From: an uncultured Bacteroidales bacterium | GTDB taxonomy: Bacteria; Bacteroidota; Bacteroidia; Bacteroidales; ML635J-15 | NCBI GenBank assembly: GCA_964426585.1 | Contig: CAYRQZ010000002.1 | Span: 18,530-82,529 of the forward strand | Length of the DNA stretch: 64,000 nucleotides | Direction of reading: 5' to 3' | Part shown: in pieces, positions 36,682-46,239 of the stretch | How positions within the stretch are numbered: position 1 is the stretch's first letter | Layout of the letters: the number at the start of each line of letters is the position of its first letter | Made by a program: the position numbers and the translations under genes | Notes under the pieces: generated by a model | What the model was told of the DNA's origin: nothing | The model's database searches: none | The model's input: the letters and a program-made list of their open reading frames with translations, nothing else

Positions 36682-38340
36682 TTAATATACTTGTGAATAT
36701 GAAGTTCCGTCTCCTCTATGGCGACCTAAATAAGTTCTTACGCAGCGGAAACCGATATAGCTTTTTGCTGAATCTTGATATTCATAAGTTCTTGTTCCAT
36801 TTTGCATATAATATGCAACATCTTTCCATGAGCCACCGCGAACAACTTTACGTTTTTTACCAGGAGGGTCGTCTGGATGAGCATAATATTGATAATCGGG
36901 GTTCAAATCATGAGTGAAGCTATAAGCAGATTCATCAAAAGCATTGCTAGTCCATTCTGCAACATTGCCAGCCATATCATAAAGTCCCCATTCGTTAGGG
37001 TCGTAAGTTGCGACCATTAAAGTTTGAACACCACCGTCATCATAATAATTACCACGCATAGGTTTAAAGTTGGCAATAAAACAACCGCTATAATTACGAG
37101 TGTATAATCCTCCCCAAGGGTACATTGATAGATCTAAACCGCCACGAGATGCGTACTCCCATTCAGATTCGGTAGGCAATCTATAATCATTTAAGTTATA
37201 ATCACCAATAGTTTTTTGGTATGCATTTTTTAACATAGAACGCCATCTACAAAAAGCATTTGCTTGTGTCCAACTAACACCGACAACAGGATAATAATCA
37301 TAAGCAGGATGCCAGAAGTACATTTTAGTCATCGGTTCATTGTAAGAATATGTAAAATCGCTAATCCAGCATAAAGTATCTGGATAAATATGAACTTTTT
37401 CGTACATCCAATAACTATATCTACCTCCATGTCGACCAGCATCTGTTTTTCCGTCATAATTTTTTATTTCTCTAACGGCAAAGTCATCCCAAGGTCTATC
37501 AGCGTCTAATTTTTCTCTATCAGAAATTTGTCCTTCATAATTTCCAGTTTCAGGATTAAAGTGGCGTCCTATTCTTAGTCCATGGTCTCCTTCACGGCTA
37601 AAAGTACGAGAAACGTCTTGGTCAACACCACTTGAGCCTGGTCTAAAGCTATGTTTTTGTGCAGCTTGTTTTAAATCTAACCAGAAATAATCATAATACA
37701 AAGCATCAGTATTCAAATCTATTTGCCTCATAAAATGGTATAATTCGGCAGGTGGTAACAAATATAAAGTTTGATTAAAATTATTTGGGATTTCATTTTT
37801 TATAAGAATACCTTTAATTTCTAAATCGTTATAGTCTAAAGGACCTTTCCAATCTAAAAAATTGGTATTATCATAATCATCAAAATCAAATTCTCCATTT
37901 TCGTACATATTAGTGATAAAATTTGACTCTTCTGCTGAAACGTCAGTATCATCAATAATGAAATCGGTAGGTTGATAAGATTTCTTTGTACTAATATCTC
38001 CGAAGTCTGTTGAATTTTTTGTTTCTTTACCCAAGACGGTCAAAGCCATAGAATCTCTAACCCAAGCGACAAACTGCCGATATTCGGAGTTAGTGATTTC
38101 TGTTTCGTCCATCCAAAAGCCTTGGATAGTAACTGTTTTATTTTCAGCAGTCATAGAATAAGGAACATCTTGATCGCTCGGTCCCATTTGATAAGTCCCT
38201 GGTGGAATAAATAACATTCCATAAGGATCGGGAGTGTACCAAACTTTTCTGTCAATCCCTACAAGTTCACCACTACCATAATAACGGCAACTACTTAAGG
38301 AGACGATGATTACTGCGCTGATGATGAGTAGTTTTCTCAT
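36682..38340 (-). CDS. gldK: Gliding motility / T9SS lipoprotein GldK (PorK), FGE-sulfatase fold
   Basis: 552 aa. Lipobox LSS|C then GELVG, MLFIPPGTYQMG, and C-terminal formylglycine-generating-enzyme-like motifs (RLPTESEWEYA.RGG, GN..EW, RGGSW). Confidence 0.92.
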   Translation of the reverse strand: MRKLLIISAVIIVSLSSCRYYGSGELVGIDRKVWYTPDPYGMLFIPPGTYQMGPSDQDVPYSMTAENKTVTIQGFWMDETEITNSEYRQFVAWVRDSMALTVLGKETKNSTDFGDISTKKSYQPTDFIIDDTDVSAEESNFITNMYENGEFDFDDYDNTNFLDWKGPLDYNDLEIKGILIKNEIPNNFNQTLYLLPPAELYHFMRQIDLNTDALYYDYFWLDLKQAAQKHSFRPGSSGVDQDVSRTFSREGDHGLRIGRHFNPETGNYEGQISDREKLDADRPWDDFAVREIKNYDGKTDAGRHGGRYSYWMYEKVHIYPDTLCWISDFTYSYNEPMTKMYFWHPAYDYYPVVGVSWTQANAFCRWRSMLKNAYQKTIGDYNLNDYRLPTESEWEYASRGGLDLSMYPWGGLYTRNYSGCFIANFKPMRGNYYDDGGVQTLMVATYDPNEWGLYDMAGNVAEWTSNAFDESAYSFTHDLNPDYQYYAHPDDPPGKKRKVVRGGSWKDVAYYMQNGTRTYEYQDSAKSYIGFRCVRTYLGRHRGDGTSYSQVY

Positions 38341-38396
38341 AATTATTTAATTTTAAGTAAGCGTTCTTATTTATTAACGTAAATATTTTTAAAATG

Positions 38397-39362
38397 TTAC
38401 AATCTTCTTACACCTCTATGTCTTCCTGGAGTTTTATCTGTTGATAAATTAAAGCAATACCTAACCATCAGTTCATGTGAGCCAGATGTGCGTGCACCAA
38501 TTTTAGACAAGTTCACATCATAACTATATGCAAAACTTAGTCCATTAATTAGATGAACACCAATCATAGGTACAATTGCGTCGCTATACCTATAAGATAA
38601 GCCGCCCCAAAAAGATTTATTATATACAAGTTTTCCATTTATTTGAGCTTCAATAGTACTTCCATCAGACTGTACCATAGCTGTTCCGATAAGGTCGAAA
38701 GATGGGTTTGGCAATGAATATTCATAGCCTCCTGTTAAATAATAATGTCTAGAAATATAACTAGGATTATCTATATCATATTTAATTACAGGTCTTAATA
38801 AGTGAGTAGAAGAAATTCCGACCCAGAATTTATCGCCAACAAAACTAGCTCCGAAATTCATATCGAAAGTTGTTTTGCTTTCCATGTGTGGGATATTTGG
38901 GTCAAGATATACAGGTTGTCCTTCTAAAGATCCAGATGTTCTCCAATCGCCATTTATTGAGCGGTTAATCACACCAAGACCAAGGCCAATGCCAAGCATG
39001 CCAGGATCGAGTTCTAAACGATAAGCTAAGTTTACATTCACATCTAAATCTTTTTGAAAACCAATAATATCTTGTTGAATATTTAGCCCAACGCCTAAAA
39101 TATTTATTAAAGGCATATCAAAAGAAAACAAAGATGTTATAGGACGACCTTCTTTAAAACCAACCCATTGTTGACGATGCAAACTAGTAACGCACATTGC
39201 ATTATTACTACCAGCAGCACCTGGGTTGTAAACATTCTGAGAATATTCAAACAAGCTGAAATGAGGATCAACTTGTGAAATTGAATAATTTACAAAAATC
39301 CCCCCTAAAAAAACCAATAACAATAAAATTTTCCTCATAAAATTTCTGTTTTTCACTTTCAA
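38397..39362 (-). CDS. porP: T9SS outer-membrane protein PorP (PorP/SprF family)
   Basis: 321 aa with signal ...YSIS|Q then DPHFSLFEYSQNVYNPGAAG, and C-terminal TSGSHELMVRYCF. It lies directly upstream of gldK as in the canonical porPKLMN operon. An alternative start is at Met9 (39338). Confidence 0.85.
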   Translation of the reverse strand: MKVKNRNFMRKILLLLVFLGGIFVNYSISQVDPHFSLFEYSQNVYNPGAAGSNNAMCVTSLHRQQWVGFKEGRPITSLFSFDMPLINILGVGLNIQQDIIGFQKDLDVNVNLAYRLELDPGMLGIGLGLGVINRSINGDWRTSGSLEGQPVYLDPNIPHMESKTTFDMNFGASFVGDKFWVGISSTHLLRPVIKYDIDNPSYISRHYYLTGGYEYSLPNPSFDLIGTAMVQSDGSTIEAQINGKLVYNKSFWGGLSYRYSDAIVPMIGVHLINGLSFAYSYDVNLSKIGARTSGSHELMVRYCFNLSTDKTPGRHRGVRRL

Positions 39363-39547
39363 TACTTAAAACCCATTTAATATTAATTTTGTAAATAAAA
39401 TATTATTTTTTCAAATATCCAAATTTTATTAACAATTTTTGTTAATTTGTGAAAAATATGTTAATAACTTTCGTAAAATCTAAGTTCGTTTACTTAAAAT
39501 TCTAATTTAAAAAGCATTTTTCTTACTTACTTTTCACAAATAAACTT

Positions 39548-39555
39548 CAAAAATA
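39548..39555 (-). promoter_or_regulatory. Candidate -7 box (TAttTTTG on minus strand) for the porP-gldKLMN operon
   Basis: The plus strand reads CAAAAATA. It is the only exact match I found in the 297-bp AT-rich spacer, and it implies a ~185-nt leader. Confidence 0.25.
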
Positions 39556-39659
39556 ATAAATATTTTATTAAATCAACGATTTTTTAATATTTTTTATTAT
39601 TTTAAAAATAAAAATTAATCAAATCTTAAATTTTAATCATATAATTTACATTATAATCA

Positions 39660-41927
39660 TTATTTCTTACTATTAATAATAGACTTACAATCTTCAATTG
39701 ACATATTATCGGGATCGAAAGATTTTGGTATCCGATAATTTTTTTTCTCAAACGAAATATATGGTCCATATTTACCTTTTAGGATAGAAAGTCCAGGCAT
39801 TTCTTCAAAAGTTCTACTAAAACTTTCTTTTTTCTGTGTTTCTTTCTCTTTGATAATTTCAATTGCTCTTTCCAAATTAACAGTATAAGGGTCATCTTGT
39901 TTTTTTAAACTAAAAAATTTCCCATTATTTTTTATATATGGTCCGTATTTGCCTAACGAAATAATTACGTCGTCATCTTGATAGGTGCCTATATTTCTTG
40001 GCAATTTGAATAAATCTAGGACTTCATCTAATGTAATGCTTTCAACATTCTGATTTTTTCTAAGACTAGCATAAGTGGGTTTTTCGGTTCCTTCAATCGA
40101 AGCGTAAGGTCCATATTTACCTATTCTTAATACTATAGGTAATCCTGTTTTTGGATCTATACCTATTTCTCTTTCCCATTTAGTATTCTCTTTTTCTTTT
40201 AAACTTTCGCCAACTTGTTTTGAAAAAGTTTTATAAAAATTAGCTATCATTTTGTCCCATTCCATTTCGCCGATAGCAATTTTATCAAATTCTTCTTCAA
40301 TTTTTGCTGTAAAATTATAGCTTATGACATTATCAAAATGATTAATTAAGTAATCAGTAACAACTACTCCCATAGAAGTTGGAAAAAGTTTATTGCTTTC
40401 GCCACCGTATTTTTCTTTATTTTCTTTTTGCGTTATCTTATCTTTTTCAAGAATTAAATTAGTAACATTTCTTGTTTTAGGTGTAAGGCTTTCTTTTACT
40501 ACGTATTCTCTTTGTTGAATTGTTGATATTGTTGGAGCATAAGTTGATGGTCTTCCTATTCCAAGTTCTTCCATTTTTTTAACTAAACTAGCCTCGGTAT
40601 AACGATATGGAGCCTGTTCGAACTTTTCATTTGCTTCAATTTTTAAAACTTTTGCAAGTGCCCCTTTGTTAACTGTAGGTAAAATTGATTGAGCTTCTTC
40701 CGAAGTTTCATCGTCAGAAGATTCGCTATAAAGTTTTAAAAACCCATCAAAAATAACGACTTCGCCTGTTGCAATAAAACTTATGTCGTTGCTAGCATTA
40801 TTAATTGTGATATTTGTTTTTTCAATTTTAGCATCTTCCATCTGACTAGCAATAGTTCTTTTTCGTATCAATTCATATAATCGTTGTTCTTGTTTGCTAG
40901 CATCCACGACTTCGTTTTCGATGAAAGTTGGTCGAATTGCCTCATGTGCCTCTTGCGCCCCTTTGGTTTTTGTTGTGTATTGTCGAACTTTAACATATTG
41001 AAGTCCATACGAAGTTTCAACTAATTTTTTTGTAGTACCAATTGCTAACTTCGACAAATTTACAGAATCTGTTCTCATGTAAGTAATGTGCCCGTTTTCA
41101 TATAAACTTTGAGCAAATTTCATTGTTTGACCAACCGAGTATCCAAGTTTACGCCCTGCTTCTTGTTGTAAGGTAGAAGTTGTAAATGGTGGAGCTGGTG
41201 ATTTTTTACCAGGTTTTTTTGAAATATCTGAAATTGAAAAAGTTTCTTTTTTACATTTTTCAAGAAATTTCATTGCTTGGTCTTGTGTCTTAAATTTTTG
41301 ATTTAATTCGGCTTTTAAAGAATGCTCTTCAACATTAAAAAAACCAGCTATTTTAAAATAAGAATTTGAAATAAAACTAGTAATTTCACGTTCTCTCTCT
41401 ACAATTAACTTAACTGCGACTGATTGAACTCGACCTGCCGACAAAGCTGGCTTTATCTTTTTCCACAACAATGGTGATAAATTAAAACCTACTAACCTAT
41501 CTAAAATACGTCGAGCTTGCTGAGCATTTACCAAATCATAATCAATATCTCTCGGGCTTAAAACTGCATTTTGTATTGCATCTTTTGTTATTTCATGAAA
41601 AACTATCCTTTTAGTATCGACTTTCTTTAATCCTAATACTTCTTTTAAATGCCACGATATTGCTTCCCCTTCGCGATCTTCATCGGAGGCTAACCAAACA
41701 ACTTGGGCCTCTGAAACCGACTTTTTTAATTCAGAAACAACTTTTTTCTTATCGGCTGGGACTTCATATTGGGGAATAAATCCATTTTCTACATCAATTC
41801 CTAAATTCTTTTTTGACAAATCTCTTATATGTCCAAAGCTTGATTTTACAACAAAATCATCACCTAAAAACTTTTTAATAGTTTTTGCTTTTGCAGGCGA
41901 TTCTACTATAACTAAATTCTTACTCAT
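39660..41927 (-). CDS. topA: DNA topoisomerase I
   Basis: 755 aa. Toprim start LVIVESPAKAKTI, acidic SDEDREGE, active-site region ITYMRTDS, and three cysteine-free C-terminal repeats (KYGPY). Confidence 0.96.
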   Translation of the reverse strand: MSKNLVIVESPAKAKTIKKFLGDDFVVKSSFGHIRDLSKKNLGIDVENGFIPQYEVPADKKKVVSELKKSVSEAQVVWLASDEDREGEAISWHLKEVLGLKKVDTKRIVFHEITKDAIQNAVLSPRDIDYDLVNAQQARRILDRLVGFNLSPLLWKKIKPALSAGRVQSVAVKLIVEREREITSFISNSYFKIAGFFNVEEHSLKAELNQKFKTQDQAMKFLEKCKKETFSISDISKKPGKKSPAPPFTTSTLQQEAGRKLGYSVGQTMKFAQSLYENGHITYMRTDSVNLSKLAIGTTKKLVETSYGLQYVKVRQYTTKTKGAQEAHEAIRPTFIENEVVDASKQEQRLYELIRKRTIASQMEDAKIEKTNITINNASNDISFIATGEVVIFDGFLKLYSESSDDETSEEAQSILPTVNKGALAKVLKIEANEKFEQAPYRYTEASLVKKMEELGIGRPSTYAPTISTIQQREYVVKESLTPKTRNVTNLILEKDKITQKENKEKYGGESNKLFPTSMGVVVTDYLINHFDNVISYNFTAKIEEEFDKIAIGEMEWDKMIANFYKTFSKQVGESLKEKENTKWEREIGIDPKTGLPIVLRIGKYGPYASIEGTEKPTYASLRKNQNVESITLDEVLDLFKLPRNIGTYQDDDVIISLGKYGPYIKNNGKFFSLKKQDDPYTVNLERAIEIIKEKETQKKESFSRTFEEMPGLSILKGKYGPYISFEKKNYRIPKSFDPDNMSIEDCKSIINSKK

Positions 41928-41936
41928 TTATATTTA

Positions 41937-41944
41937 TAAATTTG
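41937..41944 (+). promoter_or_regulatory. Candidate -7 box (TAaaTTTG) for the PBP gene
   Basis: Exact TAnnTTTG match 74 nt upstream of the ATG at 42019. Confidence 0.3.
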
Positions 41945-42018
41945 TGTGCAAAATAAAGAAATTTCTATATACTTATTAATAAAAATAATATTAATTTTAC
42001 ACCATAATTTTTTTTGAT

Positions 42019-44367
42019 ATGAAAAATAAAAATGCAAAGGTAAATATTTCAACTAAATTTACTAAAGTTTTTTTAATTAGTTTGTGGGGGGCAGTAGCAT
42101 TATTTATAGTATCTTTATTTACTTATTTTCTTTTGCTATCATTTGGAGTATTCGGGTTTATGCCAAGTTTCGAAGAATTAGAAAACCCGAAAGAACATTT
42201 AGCAACTAGAGTATATTCCAGCGATTTAGCTTTATTAGGCACGTATTTTCGTGAAAATCGTTCTCAAATTTCTTTTGACGAACTATCACCTCATTTGATA
42301 AACGCTTTAGTTGCCACAGAAGACGTAAGGTTTTATTCTCATTCAGGTATTGATTTTAAAGCTTTGCCAAGAGTATTTTCGGGAATTTTATTAGGTAGTA
42401 AAAAAGGTGGCGGAAGCACAATAACTCAACAACTAGCAAAAATGCTTTTTCCGCGTGAAGAAAATATGTCGAAATTTAAAATGGCTAATAGAAAATTTCA
42501 AGAATGGGTTATAGCTGTGAAATTAGAAAGGAATTTCACAAAAGAAGAAATTATTGAAATGTATTTTAATAAGTTCGACTTCTTAAATCTTGCTGTTGGT
42601 ATTGAATCAGCTTCAAGAGTTTATTTTGATACAACTCCTGCTGGTCTTTCAATTACTCAATCAGCTATGCTTGTTGGAATGGCTAAAAATCCTTCTTTAT
42701 ACAACCCACTAAGGCGACCCGAACAAACTTTGCAAAGAAGAAATGTAGTTTTAAACCAAATGCGTAAAAATGGTAATCTTTCAAAAACCGAATACGATTC
42801 ATTAAAAGTTTTACCATTAGGACTAAGATACCAAAAAGTTGACCATAACATTGGCTCGGCTACTTATTTTAGAGAATTTCTAAGACTATGGCTAACAGCT
42901 CAAAAACCAAACTTTGCCGATTATATTGATGAAAGAGATTATATTGAAGATTCTATCAACTGGGCTGTAGACCCCTCTTATGGCTGGTGCAATAAAAACA
43001 CTAAACCTGATGGAAGTAATTATGATATTTATAGCGATGGTTTACAAATTTATACTTGCATAGATAGTCGAATGCAAAAATATGCCGAAAATGCTGTAAC
43101 TAAACACATAGGGGAATATATTCAACCCGAGTTTTTTAAAGACCAAAAATCAAACAAAAAAGCTCCTTTTGCTACCGACCTAACCGATTCGCAAATTGAA
43201 AATATAATGCACATCTCCATGAAAAGAACTGAAAGGTGGAGAAGTTTAAAAGCTAACGGTACTAGCGAAGATTCTATTATTCTTAGCTTTAATATACCTG
43301 CCCAAATGAAAGTCTTTTCTTGGAACGGCGAAATTGACACAATAATGACCCCTTTAGATTCTATAAGATATTATAAAAAGTTCCTAAGAGCTAGTTTTAT
43401 GTCGATGGAACCAAAAACAGGATATGTAAAAGCTTATGTTGGTGGTATAAATTACAAACATTTCAAGTTCGACCAGGTTACCAAATCAAGACGACAAGTT
43501 GGCTCAACAATAAAACCATTTATATATTGTTTAGCAATGCAAAACGGGTATTCTCCGTGTACTAAAGTGCCAAATGTCGAAGTTATATTCAAATTACCCG
43601 AAGGTTCTCCAAACGAATATTACACTCCAAAATTTTCTCCATCAAAATTTGATGGACAAATGATAAGTTTAAAAACTGGTCTAGCTTTATCTTTAAACCA
43701 AATTTCTGCTTGGGTATTAAAACAGTTCTCACCTGACGCAGTAGTGTCTATTGCTCAAAAACTTGGCGTTCACAGTCATATTGACCCCTATCCTTCTATT
43801 TGCGTTGGCGCTCCTGAAGTTTTATTAAGCGAGATGGTTGGTGCTTATTGTGCTTTTGCAAATGGCGGATTGTACACGAGACCTGTTTATATTACACGCA
43901 TCGAAGATAAAAACGGAAATGTTTTGGCAACCTTCGGACAAATACAAAATCAAGCTTTAAGTGAAGAAACCGCTTATTTAATGATTGACCTAATGAAAGG
44001 GGTTGTTAACGAAGGTACTGGCTCTAGATTACGCTCGGTATATAAAATAGACTCCGAACTCGCTGGAAAAACAGGAACCACAAATAATCACTCAGACGGT
44101 TGGTTTATTGGAATAACTCCCGAACTTGTTAACGGAGCCTGGGTTGGCGGCGAAGAAAGAAGTATAAGATTTAGATATATAACTCTTGGGCAAGGAGCTG
44201 CATTAGCATTACCTATTTGGGGCTTATATATGCAAAACGTGTATGACGACAAGAGTCTACCATATAGTCGTAAAGCTACTTTTAATAGGCCTAACCAATT
44301 ATCTGTAGAAATTGACTGTTACGAATATGACAAAAATTCAGGGAATATAGATTTTAATAATATGTAA
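42019..44367 (+). CDS. mrcA: Bifunctional class A penicillin-binding protein (glycosyltransferase GT51 + transpeptidase), PBP1A-like
   Basis: 782 aa with an N-terminal anchor. GT51 motifs EDVRFYSHSGID, GGSTITQQLAK and RKFQEW. Transpeptidase motifs STIKP (SxxK), SLN and KTGTT. Confidence 0.92.
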   Translation: MKNKNAKVNISTKFTKVFLISLWGAVALFIVSLFTYFLLLSFGVFGFMPSFEELENPKEHLATRVYSSDLALLGTYFRENRSQISFDELSPHLINALVATEDVRFYSHSGIDFKALPRVFSGILLGSKKGGGSTITQQLAKMLFPREENMSKFKMANRKFQEWVIAVKLERNFTKEEIIEMYFNKFDFLNLAVGIESASRVYFDTTPAGLSITQSAMLVGMAKNPSLYNPLRRPEQTLQRRNVVLNQMRKNGNLSKTEYDSLKVLPLGLRYQKVDHNIGSATYFREFLRLWLTAQKPNFADYIDERDYIEDSINWAVDPSYGWCNKNTKPDGSNYDIYSDGLQIYTCIDSRMQKYAENAVTKHIGEYIQPEFFKDQKSNKKAPFATDLTDSQIENIMHISMKRTERWRSLKANGTSEDSIILSFNIPAQMKVFSWNGEIDTIMTPLDSIRYYKKFLRASFMSMEPKTGYVKAYVGGINYKHFKFDQVTKSRRQVGSTIKPFIYCLAMQNGYSPCTKVPNVEVIFKLPEGSPNEYYTPKFSPSKFDGQMISLKTGLALSLNQISAWVLKQFSPDAVVSIAQKLGVHSHIDPYPSICVGAPEVLLSEMVGAYCAFANGGLYTRPVYITRIEDKNGNVLATFGQIQNQALSEETAYLMIDLMKGVVNEGTGSRLRSVYKIDSELAGKTGTTNNHSDGWFIGITPELVNGAWVGGEERSIRFRYITLGQGAALALPIWGLYMQNVYDDKSLPYSRKATFNRPNQLSVEIDCYEYDKNSGNIDFNNM

Positions 44368-44424
44368 GCATTTACATATTATTAAAAAAACTTTTATTTT
44401 TAACCTCTATAAAAAAATTATTGC

Positions 44425-44458
44425 AAAAAAAAAGCTGTTTGGATAAACAGCTTTTTTT
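44425..44458. terminator. Bidirectional rho-independent terminator
   Basis: AAAAAAAAAGCTGTTT-GGAT-AAACAGCTTTTTTT between convergent genes. Confidence 0.8.
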
Positions 44459-44472
44459 ATATCTAACTATTA

Positions 44473-45816
44473 TTATTTTTTAACATATTTTGCAACAAAA
44501 TCTTTAATAATAGTCTTGAAATCAGGTTGTCCAATTTCTTGAAGTTCATATTCTACTTTTGCAGTAGGTTTATTGATTTTAACAATTCTTGACAAATCAA
44601 TTGGAGTAGCAATAACTACTGTATCACATGGTGTGTTAGCAATAGTTTTTTCTAAGTCCGCAATTTGTTCGTCGCCATATCCCATTGCTGGTAATAATTG
44701 ACCAATACCTGGGTATGTTTCAAAAGTTGTAGTTAATTTTCCAACTGTATAAGGGCGTGGGTCAACATATTCAGCTGCACCATATTTTTTAGCTGCAACC
44801 ATACCTGCACCGATAGTCATATTTCCATGAGTCAAGGTTGGTCCATCTTCTACTACTAATACTTTTTTACCTTTAATAAGTTCAGGTTTATCAACTGTGA
44901 TTGGAGACGCAGCATCAACAACAATAGCTTTAGGATTAACATTATTAATGCTATCTCTAACTGCTTGTATACCTTCTGGAGAAGCAGTATCTATTTTATT
45001 AATAACAACAACATCAGCCAATCTTAATGTAGCTTCGCCAGGATAATATGAAACTTCGTGTCCAGGTCTATGTGGGTCAACAACAGTAACCATCATATCT
45101 GTTTCGTAAAACGAAAAATCATTATTTCCACCATCCCACAAAATAACATCGCAACCGCTTGGGTCGTTCTCAGCAGCTCTTAAAATAGCTTCGTAATCAA
45201 CACCTGAATAAATTACATTACCTCTTACTACGTGTGGTTCGTACTCTTCCATCTCTTCGATTGTGCATTTGTGAATTTTTAAATCTTCAACACTTGCAAA
45301 CCTTTGCACTTTTTGAGCATTCAAATCACCATAAGGCATAGGGTGGCGAACTGCAACTACTTTTATTCCTAAGTCCATAAAAGCTTCGATAATTCTTCTT
45401 GAAGTTTGGCTCTTTCCACAACCTGTTCTAATAGCTCCTACTGCAATAACTGGCTTTGTGCTTTTTATTGAAGTTTCTTTTGGACCTAACAAAACAAAAT
45501 TTGCACCAGCAGCATTTACCATTGCAGAAATACTCATGATATCATTATAATTAATATCACTATATGCAAAAACACAGTCATGAACATTATGTTCCTTAAT
45601 TAATTTTACAAGATCTTTTTGATCATAAATAGGAATACCTGCAGGATACAAATCTTCGCCAGCTAATTCTTTTGGATATTTTCTTCCAGCGATGTCGGGA
45701 ATTTGAGCAGCTGTAAATGCCACTACATTGTAATTTGGATTGTGTCTGTAATAGGTGTTAAAATTGTGGAAATCTCTTCCAGCTGCACCAATAATAATTA
45801 CATTCTTCTTTGCCAT
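44473..45816 (-). CDS. COG2403 / cyclic 2,3-diphosphoglycerate synthetase-family P-loop protein (function in bacteria unclear)
   Basis: 447 aa. N-terminal Rossmann-like VIIIGAAGRDFHNFN and a central P-loop-like RTGCGKSQTS. The family assignment is from memory of how such ~445-aa bacterial proteins are annotated. Confidence 0.55.
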   Translation of the reverse strand: MAKKNVIIIGAAGRDFHNFNTYYRHNPNYNVVAFTAAQIPDIAGRKYPKELAGEDLYPAGIPIYDQKDLVKLIKEHNVHDCVFAYSDINYNDIMSISAMVNAAGANFVLLGPKETSIKSTKPVIAVGAIRTGCGKSQTSRRIIEAFMDLGIKVVAVRHPMPYGDLNAQKVQRFASVEDLKIHKCTIEEMEEYEPHVVRGNVIYSGVDYEAILRAAENDPSGCDVILWDGGNNDFSFYETDMMVTVVDPHRPGHEVSYYPGEATLRLADVVVINKIDTASPEGIQAVRDSINNVNPKAIVVDAASPITVDKPELIKGKKVLVVEDGPTLTHGNMTIGAGMVAAKKYGAAEYVDPRPYTVGKLTTTFETYPGIGQLLPAMGYGDEQIADLEKTIANTPCDTVVIATPIDLSRIVKINKPTAKVEYELQEIGQPDFKTIIKDFVAKYVKK

Positions 45817-45861
45817 AATTAAATTTATTAATAAATTGATTAAAAATTATTCTATTGGGCA

Positions 45862-45869
45862 CAAATATA
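45862..45869 (-). promoter_or_regulatory. Candidate -7 box (TAtaTTTG on minus strand) for the CPGS-family gene
   Basis: The plus strand reads CAAATATA, 46 nt upstream of the ATG at 45816. Confidence 0.4.
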
Positions 45870-45911
45870 TAATTTACAAAACACAAAAAAGAATAGTTTT
45901 CATTCTAATAA

Positions 45912-45929
45912 ATATGTTAAATAACATAT
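45912..45929. promoter_or_regulatory. Perfect inverted repeat ATATGTTA-AA-TAACATAT (possible regulator site)
   Basis: 8-bp arms with a 2-nt spacer. It is centred about 50 nt upstream of the candidate minus-strand -7 box. Confidence 0.2.
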
Positions 45930-46239
45930 AATACTCGCAAAACAACAGCTAAATATCTAATATTCAGTTTATTATAAATTATTAATTACATGAATTTTCA
46001 ATAAATAAGAGTTTAAAAAAATCATGTTTTTACACATTTATTTAACAAAATCAAGCGAATATGTATGAAATTCGCAGGCGTTTTTACAATAAAACAAATT
46101 AAATTGAGGTTTTATTTAAAATTCTTTCCAAATTTTTATGGAAAAATAGAATTAAATGAATCAAGTTAATAAAATATTTATTTAATGTTTTGTAGAGATA
46201 AAATAAAGTATTAGTTTTACATTTTTAAAATTTTTAGTT

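Noticed and set aside
39363-39659. Possible riboswitch or structured leader upstream of porP.
   Set aside because: The sequence is almost pure A/T with no convincing stems or known riboswitch cores. I kept it only as a note under the T9SS operon finding.
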